From the NCBI RefSeq assembly GCF_964355755.1, contig NC_092678.1, forward strand, positions 25,933,365 to 25,997,364: a stretch of DNA of 64,000 bases, read 5' to 3'. The notes under the pieces are model-generated. The model searched no databases. It had not been told where the DNA came from and saw nothing but the letters and a program-made list of their open reading frames with translations. The stretch is from Antedon mediterranea. Its lineage: Eukaryota > Animalia > Echinodermata. Within the stretch, counting starts at the first letter, position 1. Each line of letters starts with the position of its first letter. Made by a program: the position numbers and the translations under genes. Of this stretch, positions 54,819 through 64,000 are shown one piece after another.

Positions 54819-55521
54819 TTGCATATATATTGCTCTGCTTGAAATTAGTCAAGAACATGGCAATATAACGTTTGAATTTGGACATGAAAGGCAATATTTA
54901 TTTTTACATAATATTTAAATACATTAACAATTTAGGCAATATACGTTACTTAAAACGTTTATCAGTGCATTAATAACTGAATGTTGAGTCAATATATAGA
55001 AAATATTAAGTAATAATCAAATTTGTTGCGTAGCACTGTGTAAATTATATTACGACATTGTCAAATGATTGAAACAGTTTGGTACATGATCTCATACATC
55101 GAGCACAGCACATCAACGAAGTTTCTATATTTTTAGTTTAGTTAGTATGAAAAAAATGTCTCTGGTGGGATTCGAACCTGCAACCTCTCGCCTCGCTCGT
55201 TGATGTACCATGCTCGACGCGATTATGAGATCATCTTTCTAATATGAGCACTCTGATAGTCAATTGAAGTATATTGATTTGTATATATAAGATTAAGATC
55301 CATTCCAAAATTGTTTATATCTACCAAGCTATCTTGTGCCCGAAAGCTCTGCTAATTTTTCTGGTTGTTTTTACCTTTGGTATCTCCATTGAGATTAAGC
55401 CAAATTCGCCTAATTTTTATGTTATTTTATTGTATTGTACAAAAGTTATACGTTGTAAGTATTTTAGTTATCGCACTCATATGACCTTGGACATAAAACG
55501 GAAGACGGCGCCGTCGTTTAA

Positions 55522-57108
55522 TTAGGTGATCATTTAGAATAAAATGATCACCTATTGTTATTGTATAAAATCTTTATTCTTATGATTCTTCTTTATTTCT
55601 CTCTGTACAGATTTTGTGTAACAAATATCTCAAAAAGTTGAATGTTAATGATTACCAAAATTTCACAATGTCTTTCAAATACTTTAACTTAGTCCTAATA
55701 AGCTTTTCAGCGTGATCACTCATCCGTGACGTCATTTATACGCCATTTTGTGAATTCACATTATCAATCATATCTCCATAATTCATTATCACATATTAAC
55801 GAAATTCACAACACGTAAACTTCAGGTCAAGGGTAAAAATATTAGCAAATAAAAACGCACGCGCACGTAGGGTCCTGTGCGTGAAATCGCGCGTTAAAAA
55901 TTTAAAAAGCTCAAAATTAAGTTTTGATCAATTTAGAGCATGAATTGGGCCATTTGCGTGTTTCAAAAAATTACTGCGCAAAAACACGTTTTTGCGCGCG
56001 CGATACTTAAAAAGCGTAAAAATACGATTTTTTTGTACAAATCGCATTCTGCTCACCATCCTTAGTACATTCTCCAAATTTGAGTCAGTTCAGACTTAAA
56101 ATAACGCTATACGAGCAGGTTAAAAATGACAAAATGCGCAAATTAATTGCATCAAAGTGCTGAAAATGGTGAAAAATAAGGCATTTTTGAAATGAAAATA
56201 TTTCTTCAGAATGCACGATGACCCCCAAATTTTTTAACTTATTCTGGAAGCCATCGAGTTGTAGATATGAATTCATGTACATATTTTACGTACAAAATGT
56301 TATTACGTCATCAAATGGCCACTTGAATTTAAAATAAAGTTTTTTTTCTTTTTAGTCATATTTTATCACATTGAATAGAACTCATCTCTGTTATTGTGTT
56401 GCCGATTTTCGCTCAAATTTTAGTATGTGATTGCTCAATTAATTGACTTTCTTAGGACTTGCCACTATTTTTATTTTGACGACATCATCATGCGTAAAAA
56501 CTTGAATAACGTAGGTCGTGTAATTTCACCTTCGCCGTAAATTTGAATATCTTACAGCTCTTCAGAATTAAAGGTGACCTTGATGATTACAATTTATTAT
56601 GAAAGCTGATGAAATGTAGATATGAATTCATATAAAAATCAAGCCTATCGGATGTTGTGACGTTAACATATGGCCAGTTGAAGTTAAAAAGTAGTTTTTT
56701 CATCTTTTTTGTCAAAGTTATACAAATTTCAAAGAGCGCGCACAGCGCTTATACATGCCAAATTCTCTTCCAATTCTTATATTGATTTGCTCAATTCATT
56801 ATCTTTCGAAATTGTCATCATTGAGTTTATTTTGATAATTCCATCATAACAAAAAATTAGAACATGATGTGTGTCCCGTAATTTCACCTATGCTACACTT
56901 TATATATATATATACATTATGTATGTACATATTGTATATGGCATATAATAGGCACAACTCAGCACTATAAGCGTATAATAGGACGTCATACATTCAACAT
57001 TTTCTGATCGTATGTTAACGTGCGTGTATGTAAAAAAAAAATTAATTTCAGTAAAATGATAAAAATGATCACCTATAATTCGTCAAAGTGACGAATTAAA
57101 TTCTAGTT
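55522..57108 (+). mobile_element. Non-autonomous Helentron/HINE element, about 1.6 kb, related to 16319-17510
   Basis: 5' TT plus hairpin TAGGTGATCATTT-n-AAATGATCACCTA (55523-55554), TTC-rich tract, subterminal copy AAATGATCACCTA (57063-57075), stem-loop TAATTCGTCA-aag-TGACGAATTA (57076-57098), CTAG-TT (57103-57108). Internal diverged duplication at about 56260-56530 and 56615-56890. Confidence 0.85.
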
Positions 57109-58055
57109 TTACGTTCCATTTGTTCCGTTCCGTGAAACAAGTTACAGAACATTATTTTAAAACAGCGACCTCAACGAAAATGATCTTTAGCGCCGTAATT
57201 TAAAAGGCTCTGTTTACGTTTTTCTGTGGTTTTATTGTAGATATAGATTCTATGGTTGAAGTCGTTCGCCGTCAAATGAATATTTTATCCACAGTAAAAA
57301 AGGTATTTATGGATACTAAATTGTTAATTGATTGTATTTCAAGTACTACTACTACTGTAACTTTTTAATATTGAATTAGGGTTAGGGTATAGCATCTCTA
57401 AAATGTCGTCTCACGTTACGTCTAGCGGTAACGGTTAGATGATTACATTATCGAGTTTTGTAATAGTAGGCTAGACATATAGCCTGGCGGTACCAACCTG
57501 TTATTTAGGTATCCAGTGAATAATTAACATGGTGTCTATATTGTAAAATTATGAATTCCTCCATGGTAAAATGAAACACTTTAAAATTCACAATGTACTA
57601 TGAACTATCGCACTGTAATAAGTTGATTTAACACAACAATGTTGTAAAATAAAGAAAAGTTTAATAATATTTTCATTAATGTATATACATATCAATAAAT
57701 GCACTGATGAAGGGCTGTGTTGGCCGACGATGAACTATGCACATTGTTCTAGCTGTTCTTAATTCTTATCGCCGCATTTACATTGGTGGTGACTCTACAG
57801 CAGTAGTCCATGATAAGTATACCTATGTTGGATGCCTATCGGAGGTACCTCCGTGGTATGCCAGTAAACCAGTGAATTCTCTCTCATTAATCAACATATT
57901 CCAGAAATTATACTACTGGTATTTACTGTATAGTGGTTAGGGAAAACTTTGTTTAGTGCTCCGATCATTTACATACATATTATGCAATAATAATGTTTAG
58001 CATTTCTGAAATGATTATTAATTATAATGTGATAGAATCAAATAAATACAATTAT

Positions 58056-58428
58056 ATTAATAACAGATTTGTTTGGTTAATTTGTTTACCTTACTTTAGG
58101 TTACTTTCAGTTAAGTTATTAATAACAGATTTGTTTGGTTAATTTGTTTACCTTACTTTAGGTTACTTTCAGTAAAGTTATTAATAACAGATTTGTTTGG
58201 TTAATTTGTTTACCTTACTTTAGGTTACTTTCAGTTAAGTTATTAATAACAGATTTGTTTGGTTAATTTGTTTACCTTACTTTAGGTTACTTTCAGTTAA
58301 GTTATTAATAACAGATTTGTTTGGTTAATTTGTTTACCTTACTTTAGGTTACTTTCAGTTAAGTTATTAATAACAGATTTGTTTGGTTAATTTGTTTACC
58401 TTACTTTAGGTTACTTTCAGTTAAGTTT
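58056..58428. repeat. 62-bp minisatellite, about 6 copies
   Basis: Unit tattaataacagatttgtttggttaatttgtttaccttactttaggttactttcagttaagt. Confidence 0.92.
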
Positions 58429-58644
58429 TTAAACTGTATTTATTTTTTCCAATATAAAAATAGTTTTAACAATAATACTGTATAACTTACGCGTTATCCT
58501 TTATATATCAACAGCCTCACAATACTAGTTTTAGTTTCTGACGGAAACCACCTTGTGGTTCTTGAATTAAATACAAATCAATCGTGAATATTTTTATTTA
58601 TTCTTTAAACTGGATAGCCTCTTCAAACTACGGTACAGTTACAG

Positions 58645-61600
58645 TTAAACAAATATTTCTTCAGTTTCACTCGCGGAAGTGAGTTGAGTGTGTGTAATTG
58701 GACCGTTTCTTTCTGGACCAAGTCTCTCCATTCCATTTTTAATGTGCATCTTCTGGAAGATTTGCTTTGGGTGATATCCAGTAGATTTTGATTTTTGCTC
58801 TTCCAACTTTCTTCTAAAACTCAATGATCGCTCGTGTGCTTCTTTTGTGGCTTCCGTAAGTTCCTATTAATGTTTTTTTTAATAGAGAAGTTAGTATGTT
58901 AGAGCAGAAGTCTGTAATATCAATGTACGTGAATTAAACATGTGACATAAAAAGGTCCATGAGAAGCGACTACAGCAATAAACTAAAGAAAGCGTCACGA
59001 CGCCTACAAGCAGGGCCTAGTCTGAATCCCAGATTTAGATGATATTATTCATAAATAATTATTTTTATTAACGTTAAAATGATAATATCGGGGGGTTGTT
59101 TTTAAAAAGAAGTGGTTAATAAATAATTGTTTACTAAATCTAAGGATGCTAACAAAATTGCAATGATTTGACATCAGTGTAGTGAGTATTACTATTTATT
59201 AATTTAGTATTCCAGTCCGGTATATTTAAGTGGTTAAGTAGGATATTAGTATTTAGTTAATCATCCTTAGTTCCACGCAAAGATTCCCCAAAATCCAGCT
59301 TTTCCTCTAGAGGTTTCACTGCAATTCTTTGGCAAACCCCTTTTACTGCCTTCTTGTTTTGTCTCTATATTTTGACTACATTCAATATCCGAATCTGTAA
59401 TGTTCGACAATTCAGAATGGTGTCGTGCACGTTGGCGGCGTTTGTGATGTTCATTTTGCTTAATTCGAAAGCTTTCTTTTCTATAATATTCTTCATGCAT
59501 TGTTTCTATTATTGCCTGAAAGTTGAGATGTTTTTAAGTAAAACAAATAGAAAATACATTTTCAATATTAAACAGAAAAGTCGAATTATAAAATGATTAA
59601 AAGTGAATTCAGTAAGACTTACTTGAAGCCATGCGTATTTAATGTCTTCAGAATCACATTGCATTTTTATAACCTCTGTAACAGTCCCGTCTTCTGTTGT
59701 AGATTTGACAGTAAATGTACATCCGGTCTGATCAAGTTCATAATCATTTGCCTACATAAAATTAACACATACTAGTTTACAATTTTGGTTGGCCCCCCCC
59801 CCCCCTAGTTACTGTACCTATAACCCATTCGTCTATAGAAACTAAAGATGGAGATTATAAAAGAACCGTTTTACCTTGATCCTCTCATACACATACTAGT
59901 TTACAATTTTGGTTGTCCTCCTCCCCTAGCTACTGTACCTATAACCCATTCGTCTATAGAAACTAAAGATGGAGATTATAAAAGAACCGTTTTACCTTTA
60001 TCCTCTCATACACATACTAGTTTACAATTTGGTTGTCCTCCTCCCCTAGTTACTGTACCTATAACCCATTCGTCTATAGAAACTAAAGATGGAGATTATA
60101 AAAGAACCGTTTTACTTTGATCCTCTCATACACATACTATAGTTTACAATTTGGTTGTCCTCCTCCCCTAGCTACTGTACCTATAACCCATTCGTCTATA
60201 GAAACTAAAGATGGAGATTATAAAAGAACGGTTTTATCTTTATCCTCTCATACACATACTAGTTTACAATTTGGTTGTCCTCCTCCCCTAGTTACTGTAC
60301 CTATAACCCATTCGTCTATAGAAACTAAAGATGGAGATTATAAAAGAACGGTTTTATCTTTATCCTCTCATACACATACTAGTTTACAATTTGGTTTTCC
60401 TCCTCCCCTAGCTACTGTACCTATAACCCATTCGTCTATTAGAAACTAAAGATGGAGATTATAAAAGAACCGTTTTACCTTGATCCTCTCATACACATAC
60501 TAGTTTACAATTTGGTTGTCCTCCTCCCCTAGCTACTGTACCTATAACCCATTCGTCTATAGAAACTAAAGATGGAGATTATAAAAGAACCGTTTTACCT
60601 TTATCCTCTCATACACATACTAGTTTACAATTTTGGTTGTCCTCCTCCCCTAGTTACTGTACCTATAACCCATTCGTCTATAGAAACTAAAGATGGAGAT
60701 TATAAAAGAACGGTTTTATCTTTATCCTCTCATACACATACTAGTTTACAATTTGGTTGTCCTCCTCCCCTAGTTACTGTACCTATAACCCATTCGTCTA
60801 TAGAAACTAAAGATGGAGATTATAAAAGAACCGTTTTACCTTTATCCTCTCATACACATACTAGTTTACAATTTGGTTGTCCTCCTCCCCTAGCTACTGT
60901 ACCTATAACCCATTCGTCTATTAGAAACTAAAGATGGAGATTATAAAAGAACCGTTTTACCTTGATCCTCTCATACAAATACTAGTTTACAATTTGGTTG
61001 TCCTCCTCCCCTAGTTACTGTACCTATAACCCATTCGTCTATAGAAACTAAAGATGGAGATAATAAAAGAACGGTTTTATCTTTATCCTCTCATACACAT
61101 ACTAGTTTACAATTTGGTTTTCCTCCTCCCCTAGTTACTGTACCTATAACCCATTCGTCTATAGAAACTAAAGATGGAGATTATAAAAGAACCGTTTTAC
61201 CTTTATCCTCTCATACACATACTAGTTTACAATTTTGGTTGTCCTCCTCCCCTAGTTACTGTACCTATAACCCATTCGTCTATAGAAACTAAAGATGGAG
61301 ATTATAAAAGAACCGTTTTACCTTGATCCTCTCATACACATACTAGTTTACAATTTTGGTTGTCCTCCTCCCCTAGTTACTGTACCTATAACCCATTCGT
61401 CTATAGAAACTAAAGATGGAGATTATAAAAGAACCGTTTTATCTTTATCCTCTCATACACATACTAGTTTAAAATTTTGGTTGTCCTCCTCCCCTAGTTA
61501 CTGTACCTATAACCCATTCGTCTATAGAAACTAAAGATGGAGATTATAAAAGAACCGTTTTACCTTGATCCTCTCATACACATACTAGTTTACAATTTTG

Positions 61601-63647
61601 GCTGTCCTCCTCCCCTAGCTACTGTATCTATAACCCATTCGTCTATAGAAACTAAAGATGGAGATTATAAAAGAACCGTTTTACCTTGATCCTCTCCACA
61701 TTCAACTTGTATTTGACCTTTAATGTTTCATTTCCCGATAACATCTTCTTGGTTGGTGTACACACCATCAACATATCATTGAACTACGATTAAAATAAAC
61801 CATGTTATTCATGATTGTAATGCGTGTGAAAAAAAATATTGACTATACATTTTTATTGGACGTGTATATGGAAAAACCCTAAGAGCATCAAGGGTAAACG
61901 AAGTTTATTAAAATTGTACTGTATTGTTATAATATTATTTAAAATCATAATATAAATAAAGTAAATTAGATGATGATAATTATAATATTATAAATAATAA
62001 TTAACTTAATTTTCATTTCTATAGCACCTTTATAAGAACAGGTCATCTAATCTGGTGAACATTACTTTTTTTTTAACCGTCACTGATAATTTTATTTTAT
62101 TTTATTTTATTTCATACTCATCCAACAGCGAGTAACTCGCCAATAACAGGATGGATAAACTATTTAATAATTTCACAAGACAAACATATACACAAGATGC
62201 TCTACATAAACAAAGACTTATTATTAAGTCTTTGGGACTTGCGTAATGTGAGGTTTTGACATAGTTGGGCCAAGCTTTGAGGAGAACGACCGATAGCACC
62301 TCTTGCTTTCATTATTTTCCAATATAATATATATATATATATGTCTTACCAAAAAGATTCGTTTTTGTTCGAGACCATTTTTACCCAGCATTAGTACGTT
62401 GCCTTCTTTAATGATTTCTCTAGTTGGCGTCACTATTTTTTCTCCGTCAATCATTTTTCCTATTGTGATGAGTCTTAGTCTCATTTCCTTAATTATTAAA
62501 AATAAAGTTTCATTTCTTAATTTATTAGGTCTGTGTGAGTGACACCAATGTGATATTACGCATCAAGTATGTGATATAACGCATCAAGTATGTGATATAA
62601 CGCATCAAGTATGTGATATAACGCATCAAGTATGTGATATAACGCATCAAGTATGGGATATTACGCATCAAGTATGGGATATTACGCATCAAGTATGGGA
62701 TATTACGCATCAAGTATGTGATATAACGCATCAAGTATGTGATATAACGCATCAAGTATGTGATATAACGCATCAAGTATGGGATATTACGCATCACGTA
62801 TGGGATATTACGCATCACGTATGGGATATTACGCATCACGTATGGGATATTACGCGTCACGTATGAGATATTACGCGTCAAGTATGTGATATTACGCATC
62901 ACGTATGGGATATTACGCATCAAGTATGGGATATTACGCATCAAGTATGGGATATTACGCATCACGTATGGGATATTACGCATCACGTATGGGATATTAC
63001 GCGTCAAGTATGTGATATTACGCGTCAAGTATGTGATATTACGCATCAAATAAGGATATTACGCATCAGTATGGGATATTACGCATCAAGTATTGGACAT
63101 AAGTATTGGACATTACGTATCAAGTATGGGATATTACGCATACGTATGTGGTATTACGCGTCAAGTATGGGATATTACGCATCAAGTACAGGATATTACG
63201 CATCAAGTATTGGATATTACGCATCACGTATGGGATATTACGCATCAAGTATGGCATGTTACTAATCTTAGTAAGTTTACAATATGTTGTTCAAATACAA
63301 GAAAAATTGAGGTAAGTCACTTAGTTATTTTGACAGCAAATATTTTTTATGTTTGAAAGCAATGATAATACACTATATCTTAATGTTGTTGTATCTCCAG
63401 CTGCTTTGCGGAGTATGTTTTTTAAAGTAAAGCAACGTGTAGCTACTGACTTACCCTCGACTTGATAAAATCATTTGCATGTTGCGCGGCTTCCTTGATG
63501 ATCCCTAAACCCTCTACAACATAAAACAAACATGTTATTATAATGTTTGGTTTGGAATATTTTGTCAAAATTATGTAAAACGTGCAGGCTACTTACTCTC
63601 TGTTTCGTCTCTATCTTCTGAATTGTCTGGTAGTTTCTTAAGATATC
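58645..63647 (-). CDS. 3' part of an FGD-like Rho guanine nucleotide exchange factor (end of DH domain plus PH domain); 5' part lies beyond the window
   Basis: Minus-strand exons 63597-63647 (YLKKLPDNSEDRDETE), 63455-63513 (KGLGIIKEAAQHANDFIKSR), 62350-62487 (EMRLRL...IVTPTREIIKEG...KRIFL), 61685-61783 (FNDMLMVCTP...), 59623-59751 (...CTFTVKS...KYAWLQ), then a terminal exon at 59267-59515 or 58645-58863. All GT-AG with matching phases. Confidence 0.85.
59765..61697. repeat. About 120-bp minisatellite, about 16 copies, anchored on a RhoGEF donor (minus strand)
   Basis: Units contain ccgttttac|cttgatcctctc, i.e. minus-strand gagaggatcaag|gtaaaacgg, or variants of it; the last copy is the real junction at 61684/61685. 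Confidence 0.95.
62548..63255. repeat. 21-bp minisatellite (gatattacgcatcaagtatg[g/t]), about 33 copies
   Basis: Directly visible; explains the MRNIPYL/MRYITYL ORF 62525-63049 and its + strand counterparts. Confidence 0.95.
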
Positions 63648-64000
63648 CTAAATAAAAGTAATACATACTGTTAATCCACAGTCGTGATAACTCCAAACGC
63701 GAAGCGGCTAACTGTTCAGTTGTCTACAGAAAATTAAGTAATCCCAAGAAAATATCTATGATTCTCTATACATCACACACTGTATCCCACTGTATACCTG
63801 AATGTCAACCATTTCAAACAGAATTGATAAATAGAATCAAAATTGTTATCAAAAAATAGTGGATGACTTGTTTTTAATGTGTTTTTTAAAATGTTTTTAG
63901 TTAGTTTAGTCTTTTTTAAAGAGGGTAACCCAGATCAGTGATATCACTGCTTTCCACTGAGGCCCTCTAGTCACCATAATGTTAGGGCCTTACTTTCTAA

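Noticed and set aside
57700-57750. Hammerhead ribozyme-like CTGATGA-agggc...ggcc segment
   Set aside because: The required GAAA is absent (gacgatgaac instead); at most a decayed Penelope-like remnant.
59848-63356. Repetitive ORFs (FGCPPPLATVPITHSS..., MRNIPYL..., GYYASSM...)
   Set aside because: Translations of 120-bp and 21-bp intronic minisatellites, with frameshifts between copies.
63895-64000. Possible 3' tail of a SINE/LINE on the minus strand
   Set aside because: Cut by the window edge and too short to classify.

Overview
AT-rich, intron-rich metazoan DNA, not prokaryotic. It is probably a marine invertebrate deuterostome such as an echinoderm (inferred from gene structure and a Deu-domain SINE). 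Gene order: 3' end of an unidentified coiled-coil gene (+, ends 828), USP15/USP4-type deubiquitinase (+, 3039-19330), intronless PLD6/Zucchini (-, 21371-22201) head-to-head with TMBIM4 (+, CDS 26241-27639), a long PARP4/VPARP gene (+, 29956-54566), and the 3' half of an FGD-like DH-PH RhoGEF (-, 58645 to beyond 63647). Introns are packed with minisatellites, many of which duplicate splice junctions, and with non-autonomous transposons (Helentron/HINE, Harbinger-, Mutator/Merlin-like, DeuSINE, Penelope-like palindrome). The standout observation is in PARP4's low-complexity linker between the vWA region and the C-terminal domain. A run of frame-preserving phase-1 exons there encodes, one after another, about 10 RNA polymerase II CTD-like heptads (YSPTSPG, apparently exonised from a transposon terminal repeat), an actin N-terminal fragment with an intact DNase-I loop, and repeated acidic DDMGFG motifs like the ribosomal P-stalk tail. 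I infer a possible integrated-decoy (bait) cassette. All exon calls were made by eye from GT/AG sites and reading frame, without transcript evidence.
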